A stretch of 64,000 nucleotides of DNA from Microgenomates group bacterium (lineage in GTDB: Bacteria; Patescibacteriota; Microgenomatia; Daviesbacterales; UBA10151), in assembly GCA_041659805.1 (NCBI GenBank), contig JBAZXP010000001.1, positions 640,589 to 704,588 of the forward strand. The letters are read 5' to 3'. A program made the translations under genes and the position numbers. Under the pieces are notes generated by a model. That model was not told the DNA's origin, made no database searches, and saw nothing but the letters and a program-made list of their open reading frames with translations. The number at the start of each line of letters is the position of its first letter. Position 1 is the first letter of the stretch. Positions 30,073-39,714 of the stretch are shown piece by piece.

Positions 30073-31287
30073 CTAATCATTAAATACCACTGCTCTGTGA
30101 GTCTGGTTCGAAGTCCTATCGATAGGAATTAAGGTTGTGAAAATTGTTCCCTTCCCAACAGTGCTTTCAACCATTATCTTACCGTTAAATTCTTCTTCTA
30201 TAATTTCTTTTGCTAAAACTAACATGATTCCGGAACCCTTTTTTGAGGTATTAACATATTTTAAGCATCTTCTTAAAGCTACCTCATCCATACCCTGACC
30301 ATTGTCTTCGACGGCAAAAAGTATATGCCCTTTTTCTGAATAAGCTCTAAGAGTAATTTTTGTTGCCCCTGCCTGCATGGCATTAAGGACTAACGTATTT
30401 TGGATAAGCACAAAAAGCTCTTTTTCAAGTTGTACTGGTGGTAATCCGGATTGTGCTTCAATTACCAGTTCTACCTTATTATCTGCTTCAGCAAGGTTTT
30501 TTTGTACAATTTCTTGAAGTAGGCTCTCCGGACTTACAATAATTGGTTTTGACTCTTCTGTCGCCTTAAATATTTTAACAATCTCTGTAACTTGCTCGTC
30601 CATTTTTTTACAGTAGGAATATATAGTTGTACTGACAGTTCTTAGGAATCTGGCGGTAGGCTTATCTAATTTTTCATCCTCAGAAAGTGAGCTTAGTGAT
30701 CGTTCGACTAGCTCAGAATAGCCCTGGATTGTTGTAAGCGGAGCCCTTAATTCATGTGTGAAAAAGCTTGCCCTGTCTGTAATCCACTTAAGACGTCTTT
30801 CTGCTCTTATTCTTTCTGCTCTTTCTTTTGTGAATGCTTCGATAGTTTGACTTCTTGTAGCTTCATGTATTTCTGCTCGGACAACTTTTTCTTCATTTAC
30901 GCCCCGGACAAGTGTAGTTCTACATTCATAGCAATTATGGTCGGCAACAAAAATCAAAGACGCTTGGCTATTAAATTCATTAGACAAGATGACTTCTAGT
31001 TGGCTTAAGACTTTCCTATCTTTTTCCATTGCCGGTTGAGCTAATAATTTTCCAAGTTCTGAAGTAACCCCGGGGTGTAATTTAGAAAACGTAAAATTTG
31101 CGCATCTTAGTTCTGGTTTAGAAATGTCCTCAAAACCTGCTCCAATAATTGCAGACGGTGGAGCAAACTCTTCCTTAAAATATAGATGGCTTAAGCTGGC
31201 TGTTTGAGCGTACTCAGAGACCCTTCTAAGTCTAGAAGTTGCAGTTGAGTTTGCTATATCGGAATATCCATGGGTTTCTATTGCCAT
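30073..31287 (-). CDS. Cytoplasmic sensor histidine kinase
   Basis: H-box FTHELRAPLTTIQGYSE, N-box LVLNAMQA, G1 VEDNGQGM, ESTVGKGTIF; no TM. Confidence 0.88.
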   Translation of the reverse strand: MAIETHGYSDIANSTATSRLRRVSEYAQTASLSHLYFKEEFAPPSAIIGAGFEDISKPELRCANFTFSKLHPGVTSELGKLLAQPAMEKDRKVLSQLEVILSNEFNSQASLIFVADHNCYECRTTLVRGVNEEKVVRAEIHEATRSQTIEAFTKERAERIRAERRLKWITDRASFFTHELRAPLTTIQGYSELVERSLSSLSEDEKLDKPTARFLRTVSTTIYSYCKKMDEQVTEIVKIFKATEESKPIIVSPESLLQEIVQKNLAEADNKVELVIEAQSGLPPVQLEKELFVLIQNTLVLNAMQAGATKITLRAYSEKGHILFAVEDNGQGMDEVALRRCLKYVNTSKKGSGIMLVLAKEIIEEEFNGKIMVESTVGKGTIFTTLIPIDRTSNQTHRAVVFND

Positions 31288-31373
31288 AAGCTAAGTATTA
31301 TATAATATCTTATAGTAATTAGCAAATATCTGGAGTTTACTTTAGCCTGATTAGACTATATAATTGCCAAAAG

Positions 31374-32048
31374 ATGAAAATTTTTAACATTATAAATAAA
31401 AATTTGCATTCTTCGATTAACTTTCGCCTCTCAAAACGTGTCTCAGAAAATAAAGCCCTACCTATTATTACAATTTCCCGTGAGAAAGGAGCTGGAGGTA
31501 TAGTAATTGCACAAAGATTAGCCAAAAAGCTCGGTAAGAAATGGGATTATTACCACAAGGATATAGTAGATAAAATTGCAGAAGAGTCAAAAACATCGTC
31601 TGAAAAGGTGAAAGATATGGAAGAAAAGCCTGCTCCTTATTTTCAGGATTTCTTTGAAGGTTTTTTGGGAGGAAATGGCTTAGATGTAAGTAAATACCAA
31701 AAAAATTTAATCAAGGTGCTTTTTGAAATCGGTAAAAAAGGGAACGCAATTATTGTAGGTCGTGGGGCAAATTTTATATTTCCGGATGCTTTAAAGGTTA
31801 GGATCATTGCAGATAAAGAACAGAGGATTAAATGGCTGATGCAATATGAAAATCTTTCTGAAAAAGCTGCTAAAGCTGAGGCAGATGAAACTGATAAAGA
31901 GAGTACAAAATTTGTATCTAATTTATTTAACAAAGATATAACTGAGCCCAAAAACTATGATTTGATAATAAAGACCAGTCTTTCTTTTTCTGCGGATGAT
32001 GCAGTAGATATTATTGCCAGAGTAGCTAAAAAGAGATTTAAGCTTTAA
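31374..32048 (+). CDS. Cytidylate kinase-like family protein
   Basis: IITISREKGAGG..IA..LA, IIVGRGANFI, YDLII. Confidence 0.88.
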   Translation: MKIFNIINKNLHSSINFRLSKRVSENKALPIITISREKGAGGIVIAQRLAKKLGKKWDYYHKDIVDKIAEESKTSSEKVKDMEEKPAPYFQDFFEGFLGGNGLDVSKYQKNLIKVLFEIGKKGNAIIVGRGANFIFPDALKVRIIADKEQRIKWLMQYENLSEKAAKAEADETDKESTKFVSNLFNKDITEPKNYDLIIKTSLSFSADDAVDIIARVAKKRFKL

Positions 32049-32056
32049 AATTAATT

Positions 32057-32392
32057 GTGATTTTAGAAAATGTTACTCAAAAAACAATTGTTTATCCTAA
32101 TATAGAAATTGCTTCTTCTTTTTTTGATCAGCTGTTAGGGCTTTTGCAGCATACTAAACAGGCAATGCTTTTTTATACCAGATTTGGAATTCACACTTTT
32201 GGAATGAATCGGAAGATAGATGTGATTGTGCTTGATCAGAAATGGAAAGCCGCTAAAATTAAGAAAAACTTGCCTTCAAATAGTTTGTTTTTTTGGAATC
32301 CTAAATTAAATATAGTTATAGAATTACCTTCAGGCACAATTAATAAAAGCAAAACTGAGATAGGAAATGTATTAAAAATGCATAAAAAATAG
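32057..32392 (+). CDS. DUF192 family protein
   Basis: A.SFFDQLLGLL, GIHTFGM..IDVIVLD, VIELPSG. Confidence 0.85.
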   Translation: MILENVTQKTIVYPNIEIASSFFDQLLGLLQHTKQAMLFYTRFGIHTFGMNRKIDVIVLDQKWKAAKIKKNLPSNSLFFWNPKLNIVIELPSGTINKSKTEIGNVLKMHKK

Positions 32393-32444
32393 CCTCCCAG
32401 CTTTTATACTTGAAGGCTATCATTTTTTGGTTAATCCGATTAAA

Positions 32445-32795
32445 TTATCTTCTTCCACCACCCCTTTTGTCATAACCACCGCCTTGTCCACCTCGTCCTC
32501 CTTGATATCCTCCAGCATCTCTGCGGAAATTATCTTGGTGAGGTCTTTCTTCTCTCGGTCTGGCAACGGATACAGCCAAAGCTCGTCCATTCATGTCAGA
32601 ACCATTCAATTCTTGAATAGCTTTATTAGCTTCATCATCATTTTGCATTTCGACAAAACCAAATCCCCTAGATTGTCCGGTAAACTTATCCATTACAACG
32701 GTTGCAGATACAACTTGTCCGAATTTTTCGAACATTTCTTGTAACTCTTGGCTTGTTGTACTATAAGGTAAACTACCAACGAAAATCTTTGTCAT
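32445..32795 (-). CDS. RRM RNA-binding protein with Gly-rich tail
   Basis: RNP2 IFVGSL, RNP1 RGFGFVEM; SD AAGGTGGTGA before ATG 32795. Confidence 0.95.
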   Translation of the reverse strand: MTKIFVGSLPYSTTSQELQEMFEKFGQVVSATVVMDKFTGQSRGFGFVEMQNDDEANKAIQELNGSDMNGRALAVSVARPREERPHQDNFRRDAGGYQGGRGGQGGGYDKRGGGRR

Positions 32796-33032
32796 TAATA
32801 TCACCACCTTTCTATGTGTGTTAAACTGCGTTGAAAAACAAATGAAACTCAGGAAAATTTGAAAACATGGAGTGGGCTGTCGTTTAAATAATACTTTCTA
32901 CTCAACTGATTTCTCAGAAGTGTTTTCAGTATAACAGGTTGTTGTGGCTTTAGCAATATGGTAATAACCTTAGCAGATTAGTTGGCAACTTTAATTTTCG
33001 TGGGTAAAATGCTAGACTAAAACTATAAAATA

Positions 33033-34109
33033 ATGGGTAGAATATTTCATTTTCTTCTTCAACACAAAAAAACAGTTATCATTGCAATAATTTTATTTAT
33101 TGTTTTGATTTTTGGTTCATATAGACTGGGTTGGATTGGTACCAAGGCTCCTGAATACAGAACAATAACAGTGGTCAAAGGAGATCTTTCCACAGTTATT
33201 AATGCTTCAGGTATGGTCGAATCTGAAAATCAGGCAACATTGTCCTTTTTAATCTCCGGCCGTGCTTCTTATTTAGGTTTTAAGGAAGGGGATAGCGTTA
33301 AAAAAGGAGAATTAATCGCTTCGCTTGACACAACACAGGTTTACGAGGCTGTTTCAAAAGCACAAGCTGTTTACAGTAGCGCACAATCCTCTCTTAATAA
33401 AGTTCTGGATGATATTCATCTTTCTCAATATGGAAATGGAGGATTTGGCAATATCGGTTCAAAAAACGAGACTATGACTCAAAAGAATTTGAGAGAGGCA
33501 GCTGAAATGACAAGAGATGCTGCTTATCAGGATCTTCAGTCTGCCAGAAAAAATTTTGAGTGGTCAACAATCATTGCTCCATTTGACGGATTTATATCAA
33601 AAATATCAGGTATAAATACCGGACAGAACGTTTCAGCGCTAAGTCCGGGGACTGTTACTTTGGTAGGAGACGGTAAGTTGAAGTTTGTGGCCAATGTTGA
33701 TGAGGTTGATTTTAGTAATTTGGTTTCATCACAAAGCGGAGAAATTTTCCTGGATGCTTTTCCTGAAGAAAAATTTGTGGGTCAGATTATAAAGATTGGT
33801 GTTGCCGCGATTAAACTTGCAACAGGAGGTTCAGCTATACCTGTTGAAGTCTCGTTACCTGCAAATAATAAGCTTAAGAGCGGGTTAAACGGTGAAGTAG
33901 ATTTTACAGTTGTTACAAAAAAAGATGTTTTTACTTTGCCTAAATCCACAATAAGAAGTGAAAATTCAACAAAATATGTTTATTTATTGGTTGGTAAAAA
34001 AGCGGAAAAAAGAACAGTTGAAATAGGTGAAACACTGGGTTCTCAAGTAGAGATTGTTTCCGGTTTAAATACCGATGATCAAGTAATTTTAGGCGATGTC
34101 AAACAATGA
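33033..34109 (+). CDS. Efflux periplasmic adaptor (MacA/HlyD-like)
   Basis: TM, EGDSVKKGELIA lipoyl-like half, IIAPFDG, VEIVSGL. Confidence 0.88.
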   Translation: MGRIFHFLLQHKKTVIIAIILFIVLIFGSYRLGWIGTKAPEYRTITVVKGDLSTVINASGMVESENQATLSFLISGRASYLGFKEGDSVKKGELIASLDTTQVYEAVSKAQAVYSSAQSSLNKVLDDIHLSQYGNGGFGNIGSKNETMTQKNLREAAEMTRDAAYQDLQSARKNFEWSTIIAPFDGFISKISGINTGQNVSALSPGTVTLVGDGKLKFVANVDEVDFSNLVSSQSGEIFLDAFPEEKFVGQIIKIGVAAIKLATGGSAIPVEVSLPANNKLKSGLNGEVDFTVVTKKDVFTLPKSTIRSENSTKYVYLLVGKKAEKRTVEIGETLGSQVEIVSGLNTDDQVILGDVKQ

Positions 34110-34774
34110 TCCTGCAACTAAAACATGTTAGTAAAACTTATTTTCTTGAAGGTGTTGAAATTAAGGCTTTAGATGATGTGAGTGTTGATGTTAAAGAGGG
34201 TGATTTTTTGGCAATAGTTGGTCCATCCGGTTCCGGCAAATCCACATTAATGCATTTAATTGGTCTTCTTGATACGCCTACCTCAGGCGAAGTATTTTTG
34301 GAAGGCAAAGATGTTACAAAGATGTCCGAGACGACTCTATCCAAGCTTCGGAATGAGCATATCGGCTTTGTTTTTCAGCAATTTAATCTATTGCCCAGGT
34401 TATCTGCGTTAGAAAATGTTGAGCTTCCCATGATTTATAGAGGAATGAAGTCTGAGGAAAGACACAAAAAGGCCAAAGAGATGCTGGATATGGTAGGACT
34501 TGGAGAAAGGTTAAACAACCGCCCAAATCAACTATCCGGAGGACAACAACAAAGGGTAGCTATTGCCAGATCGCTTGTATTAAATCCTTTGATTATTTTA
34601 GCTGATGAACCGACAGGAAATTTGGATACAAAAACAGGCAAAGAAATTTTAGAGTTTTTACATAAGTTAAACAAAGAAGGTCATACAATTATTCTGGTTA
34701 CCCATGACTCTTATGTGGCTGAGCAAGCTAACAGACATATTCACATTAGAGATGGAAAGGTGGTGTCTTCTTAA
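34106..34774 (+). CDS. ABC transporter ATPase (MacB/LolD-like)
   Basis: GPSGSGKST, GFVFQQFNL, LSGGQQQRVAIAR, ADEPTGNLD. Confidence 0.95.
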   Translation: MILQLKHVSKTYFLEGVEIKALDDVSVDVKEGDFLAIVGPSGSGKSTLMHLIGLLDTPTSGEVFLEGKDVTKMSETTLSKLRNEHIGFVFQQFNLLPRLSALENVELPMIYRGMKSEERHKKAKEMLDMVGLGERLNNRPNQLSGGQQQRVAIARSLVLNPLIILADEPTGNLDTKTGKEILEFLHKLNKEGHTIILVTHDSYVAEQANRHIHIRDGKVVSS

Positions 34775-35968
34775 ATGCAATTTGATCAAATAATTTTTAT
34801 GGCAATTCGGTCTTTGCAAGCCAATAAGGTTCGTTCTTTTTTGACAATGCTGGGTGTGATCATCGGCGTAATGTCAGTGATACTTTTAACTGCACTTGGC
34901 TCAGGTTTGCAAGGGTATATTGTTAAGCAATTGGAAAATGTTGGGTCTAATTTAATTATTGTTTACCCCGGAAAGCTTGATTTAAAATCACTTGGTCAAG
35001 GTGGAATGGCAAGCATAACCAGCCCGAAATTTGTTTTGAAAGATGCAAATGATTTAGAAACTCAATCACAATATATTGAAGCAGTGGTTCCAAGTGCTGT
35101 TGCTCAAGGGGTATTAAAGTACCAGGATCAAAAAACTTACACAGAACTGTTGGGTTTAACGGCAAATTTTTCTCAGGTAATGAATTCCCCGCTTGCTTCG
35201 GGTGAATATTTTACGGAAAGTGACGATAGGTCTGGCAGGAAAGTGATTATACTTGGTTCGGAAATTGCAAAGAATCTTTTTGGAACAGAAGAGCCTATTG
35301 ATAAAAAAGTGGTTGTTAATGAGTCTAGGTTTACTGTAATTGGGGTTTTAAAAAACCGTGGGGTTTCCGGAGGTCAGGAGGATCATGTGGTTATTCCGAT
35401 TACAACAGAGATGCATTTATTTAATCAAAACAAAGTTTTTGCACTCTACGCAAAAGTTATTAATTCCAATGAGATGGATGCAGCGAGTGCTGATATTAAA
35501 AGAATTTTACTGGGGCGTTTAACGGAGGACGATTTTACGCTTTTAACAATGAAGGATTTGCTTGGAGCAGTTTCGTCTATCTTGGATGTTTTGACGTTGG
35601 CTTTAGGCGGAATTGCAGCAATATCCTTGCTCGTTGGAGGCATAGGGATTATGAATATAATGTTGGTTTCTGTGACAGAAAGAACACAGGAAATTGGGCT
35701 TAGAAAAGCACTTGGAGCAACTCCAAATGTAATTATGATTCAATTTTTAATTGAGGCTGTTGTTCTATCAGTTGGTGGTGGAATGATTGGAATGCTTTTA
35801 GGTGGTGGAATAGCTTTGATTATGCGGTTGTTTATTCCGACAGAAGTTACTTTATGGTCTGTTTCATTGGCTTTTTCTGTATCTGCAATTATTGGTATTG
35901 TTTTTGGGGTAATGCCTGCTAGAAAAGCTGCAAAAATGAACCCAATCGAAGCGTTAAGGTATGAATGA
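34775..35968 (+). CDS. ABC transporter permease (MacB/FtsX-like)
   Basis: RSFLTMLGVIIG, GGIGIMNIMLVSVTERTQEIGLRKALGA, PIEALRYE. Confidence 0.95.
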   Translation: MQFDQIIFMAIRSLQANKVRSFLTMLGVIIGVMSVILLTALGSGLQGYIVKQLENVGSNLIIVYPGKLDLKSLGQGGMASITSPKFVLKDANDLETQSQYIEAVVPSAVAQGVLKYQDQKTYTELLGLTANFSQVMNSPLASGEYFTESDDRSGRKVIILGSEIAKNLFGTEEPIDKKVVVNESRFTVIGVLKNRGVSGGQEDHVVIPITTEMHLFNQNKVFALYAKVINSNEMDAASADIKRILLGRLTEDDFTLLTMKDLLGAVSSILDVLTLALGGIAAISLLVGGIGIMNIMLVSVTERTQEIGLRKALGATPNVIMIQFLIEAVVLSVGGGMIGMLLGGGIALIMRLFIPTEVTLWSVSLAFSVSAIIGIVFGVMPARKAAKMNPIEALRYE

Positions 35969-36554
35969 GGAAACAATGGTTAAATTTAAATTTTTTTTAC
36001 TTTCTTTTATCCTTTTAGTTTCAGGTCTAATATTTTTATTTATTGGATTTAATCAAGTTTCCAACAGCTTTAATAACTCTGAAGAAACAATTAACATAAG
36101 TACAAGTTCAGCTCAAATACAACTAACTGCGTCATCAGGAATTATTGGTGAGGAAGTTAAAGTAATTAGGGTAGTCGATGGCGATACGATTGTGATCGAG
36201 AGTGGTGAAAAAATCAGATATATTGGTGTTGATACACCGGAGACAGTTGACCCAAGACGGGCTGTTGCCTGTTTTGGAAAAGAAGCTTCAAATGAAAATA
36301 AAAAATTGGTTGCGGGAAAGACTGTCACACTTACTAAAGATGTTTCTGATAAAGATCAATTTGGCCGGTTATTAAGATTTGTTTACTTAAAACAAGATGA
36401 TGGTAATTTAATTTTTGTGAATGATTATTTAATAAGAAATGGTTTTGCCAAAGCTTCAACATACCCTCCGGATGTAAAATTTGCTGTCCAATTCGTGGAA
36501 GCTGAAAAAGAAGCCAGAAATTCAGCCAGAGGCTTATGGAAGATGTGTCCTTAA
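35961..36554 (+). CDS. Membrane-anchored thermonuclease (SNase) family protein
   Basis: VVDGDTI, IRYIGVDTPE, DQFGRLLRFV, RGLW. Confidence 0.92.
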   Translation: MNEETMVKFKFFLLSFILLVSGLIFLFIGFNQVSNSFNNSEETINISTSSAQIQLTASSGIIGEEVKVIRVVDGDTIVIESGEKIRYIGVDTPETVDPRRAVACFGKEASNENKKLVAGKTVTLTKDVSDKDQFGRLLRFVYLKQDDGNLIFVNDYLIRNGFAKASTYPPDVKFAVQFVEAEKEARNSARGLWKMCP

Positions 36555-36573
36555 TGTGTATAATAAATTAGTT

Positions 36574-37062
36574 ATGAAGAAATTTTGGATTCAAGTTACT
36601 GTTTTAACCTTGGTAATATTTGGGGGGTTTTATTTTTATAGCAATCCTTCAATATTTTATTCTTTTTTTCCAAATGCCACACCGATTGTTTTAACTGGTT
36701 TAAAATTAGGTGAAAATAATTTAAAGATAGAAATTGCAGATACCCCTGAAAAAAGAGCCAGGGGTTTGAGTGGCAGAGAGAGTTTGGCGACTGATAGTGG
36801 AATGTTATTTACATTTGATACCAGTTCAAAATATGTTTTTTGGATGAAGGGTATGAAAATTCCATTGGATTTTATTTATATTAATGATGGCAAAGTTGTA
36901 GATCTTTTGAAAAATGTGGCTCCCCCTACTCCTGACCAGCCTGATACTGACTTGCCACACCTTTCTCCGACAGCGGAAGTTAATATGGTGCTTGAAGTAA
37001 ACAGTAATTACATTGATTCGCATGGGGTAAAAGTAGGAGATAGTGTCACACTTGTAAAATAA
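36574..37062 (+). CDS. DUF192 family protein, membrane-anchored
   Basis: EIADTPEKRARGLSGR, GMLF, FWMKGMKIPLD, VLEV; ATG 36574. Confidence 0.88.
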   Translation: MKKFWIQVTVLTLVIFGGFYFYSNPSIFYSFFPNATPIVLTGLKLGENNLKIEIADTPEKRARGLSGRESLATDSGMLFTFDTSSKYVFWMKGMKIPLDFIYINDGKVVDLLKNVAPPTPDQPDTDLPHLSPTAEVNMVLEVNSNYIDSHGVKVGDSVTLVK

Positions 37063-37064
37063 AT

Positions 37065-38522
37065 ATGGAAATACTGCCAATAGAAAGTTTATCTGATTTT
37101 GAAAAAGATATATACGGAGCCAATCTTTATAATTTATCCCTACTTAAGCGTTTAGGTTTTTCAGTGCCTGCGGGAATCATTATTTATCCACCTGAGATTG
37201 TACTTCAAACAGTTTTAAGGCATCTGGAGGATAACAAAAGAGAAATTTTTGAAGCTAATTTGACTTTAATTAAGTCAGAAATTGCAAAAATTCCCATCCC
37301 TCAGGAATTATTTGATAAATTGCAGAAACAATCATATTATTTTTTAAACGGATCAATCTATGAAAAGAAGGAAGCCCTTTGGTTAAAATTATTAGAAATT
37401 TGGTTGGATGAAATAAGAAATAAGATCTGGAATACAGGTTTAGGGGAAGGTATTACTGTAAATCTATCTTCTCAGGTAATTTTTTGGATTAAAGATAAAT
37501 TTGAAACAGCTAAGGCGTTTTTTGATCCATTAAGAGAAGATGTGGTTATTGCAACTGACAGCAAACTTTCTCCATCCACTTTAAATAAAATTGATAAAGT
37601 TGTAACGGAGGGAAATAAAAAATTATTTTTACCTCAAATATATAGTTTTGTAATTTTTAATGAAGAAGCAAAAATTATTGCTTTAAAACCTTTTACACAA
37701 TCACTTCCCCTGTCAAAAACAGAAGACATAATTTTACCTGAAAATAAGCAAAAGAAGATTATCAGATCTGCAATTAAATTGTTTTTAAATTTATCATCAG
37801 GATTTGCAATTGATCCCCAAGTGGATGGATTATTAATTGAAGGTGAGCACTCCAAGGACTTTGATGAGTTAGTATTTAAATTATCTGAAGGTGCATTAAT
37901 TAACTCTGAGAAACCTGTTTTATTTAAGCTGCCTGATGTTGATGAAGGGGAGTTGCGGGGGACGATGAGATTGCTTCATAAAAAGAACTTATTGGAGAGT
38001 GCCTGTAATGCATTTTTGTTTGTTAGAAATAAAAAGAATTTATTAAATATAGAATTATTTATTCCCAGAGTAAGATCCTTAGCTGAATTTTTAGAAATTA
38101 AAAGAGAGCTAGCGAGCCAGGGTATTAGTAGGAAAGGGTCTATGAAACTGGGCTTGGAAATGTTGGTTCCTGAGAACATTATTAATATTGAAGATTATTT
38201 AGAATCAGGTTTAGACACAATCCTTTTTGATTTAGACGTTTTGCAAAAAACACTTTGTGATAACCATGATGATCAATCTGATTTAATAAAAGAGCATGTA
38301 AGAACTTTAATTAAATTTATCACCCCTGCTTTTTCTGCATGTCATAAATCAAAAGTTCCAATTATTGTGAAAGGATCTGTAGTGCTTCACCCGGAAGTGT
38401 TAGATTTTCTGGTAGAAAAAGGGGTATGGGGGGTAGTTGCAAATACTTTAGCTGAAACGAGTAGCTTACCTGAGCACTTACATTGGGTAGAAAATAGAAT
38501 TATCCAAAAACGGTTGAGTTAA
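37065..38522 (+). CDS. Degenerate PEP synthase/PEP-utilising enzyme-like protein
   Basis: YGANLYNL..VPAGIII start and C-terminal TIM-barrel-like LEMLVPEN..GLDTILFD; no phospho-His domain visible. Confidence 0.65.
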   Translation: MEILPIESLSDFEKDIYGANLYNLSLLKRLGFSVPAGIIIYPPEIVLQTVLRHLEDNKREIFEANLTLIKSEIAKIPIPQELFDKLQKQSYYFLNGSIYEKKEALWLKLLEIWLDEIRNKIWNTGLGEGITVNLSSQVIFWIKDKFETAKAFFDPLREDVVIATDSKLSPSTLNKIDKVVTEGNKKLFLPQIYSFVIFNEEAKIIALKPFTQSLPLSKTEDIILPENKQKKIIRSAIKLFLNLSSGFAIDPQVDGLLIEGEHSKDFDELVFKLSEGALINSEKPVLFKLPDVDEGELRGTMRLLHKKNLLESACNAFLFVRNKKNLLNIELFIPRVRSLAEFLEIKRELASQGISRKGSMKLGLEMLVPENIINIEDYLESGLDTILFDLDVLQKTLCDNHDDQSDLIKEHVRTLIKFITPAFSACHKSKVPIIVKGSVVLHPEVLDFLVEKGVWGVVANTLAETSSLPEHLHWVENRIIQKRLS

Positions 38523-38566
38523 TAAGCTTGACAGAGGATATCTAAAGTACATAGAATTAATCTGAT

Positions 38567-38941
38567 ATGGATAAAGAATCTGCCACAGAAAAAAAATCAG
38601 AAGATGAAGCAATTGAAGAGCAGATTGTTTCTGCTCAGCCAACAGCAGAGCTTAATTTTAATTCAAATAAAAATAAAACTCTAATTGTAGGCTTAATAAT
38701 ATTGATAATTATTGGTGCTGCTTATTATTTACTAGCAATAAATCCAGGGATTTTAAGTGTGTTTAATGCTAAGCCAAGTCAGGAAAGTGTTGTTCCTAGT
38801 CCAACTGTAACAGAGACAGTTATTTCAGACCCACAAATAGATAAGGATATTCAGGCTTTAAATAATAAGCTAAGTAATCTGGATACAGATTTTAATTTTA
38901 TCGATAATGGTCTTTCTGATAAAACTTTAATTACTGAATAA
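38567..38941 (+). CDS. Small membrane-anchored protein with acidic coiled-coil tail
   Basis: TM, PSPT linker, SDPQIDKDIQALNNKL; resembles 27440..27694. Confidence 0.75.
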   Translation: MDKESATEKKSEDEAIEEQIVSAQPTAELNFNSNKNKTLIVGLIILIIIGAAYYLLAINPGILSVFNAKPSQESVVPSPTVTETVISDPQIDKDIQALNNKLSNLDTDFNFIDNGLSDKTLITE

Positions 38942-39714
38942 TGAGAAAATATAAAATTTTTTTAACATTATTAATAGTTTTTGGTTTGGTTTTAGCAAGT
39001 CAACAAGCCTTCGCTCAAATTTCAACTGATTCTGTTCAACCAAAAAGTAAGCTCACAAAAGTTGAACAAAGTTTACAGGATAAAATCACACTCGAAATAA
39101 ACCGCAGATTAACAAGTCTTACTAATTTGGAAAAAAGAGTTCAGGAGGTAAAAAAACTCAGTGAATCAAACAAAAATAATCTTGTTTTGCAAATACAGGA
39201 TCAAATTACAAGCCTAAATTCAATAAAATCTAGAATACAGGGAGATATTGATCTCGCAACTTTAAAAGATGAACGTTTGGCAATGGCGAATCAATACAGG
39301 ATTTATTTATTGTTTATTCCAAAAATTCATATTTTAGCGACCTCTGACCGGATAATGGAGATTTCTTCAGATATGGACAGTTTGCTTATAAAATTGCAAA
39401 CCAGAATTGATTTTGCCAAACAAAACGGTAAGGATGTGACCCTGATGCAGGCTACTGTCGATGACATTAAGACTAAGATTGCTGATGCTAATATTCAGGC
39501 TAAAGCTGCGGTTGATTTGGTTACACCACTTGTTCCTGATCAGGGGGATCAGGTTAAATTTACTGCCAATAAACAAGCCTTACAAGATGCAAGGAAAAAA
39601 TTAATTGCTGCAAGGCAGGATTTGAGTTCTGCCAAGCAGGGATTTGATTTAATAAAGCAACAGCTGAATCCTGCCCCTCAGACCAGCACTCCTTCAGCTG
39701 TTAAAGCCCAATAA
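38941..39714 (+). CDS. Secreted alpha-helical coiled-coil protein
   Basis: Signal peptide (AFA), LQTRIDFAKQNGKDV; resembles 27691..28266. Confidence 0.78.
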   Translation: MRKYKIFLTLLIVFGLVLASQQAFAQISTDSVQPKSKLTKVEQSLQDKITLEINRRLTSLTNLEKRVQEVKKLSESNKNNLVLQIQDQITSLNSIKSRIQGDIDLATLKDERLAMANQYRIYLLFIPKIHILATSDRIMEISSDMDSLLIKLQTRIDFAKQNGKDVTLMQATVDDIKTKIADANIQAKAAVDLVTPLVPDQGDQVKFTANKQALQDARKKLIAARQDLSSAKQGFDLIKQQLNPAPQTSTPSAVKAQ

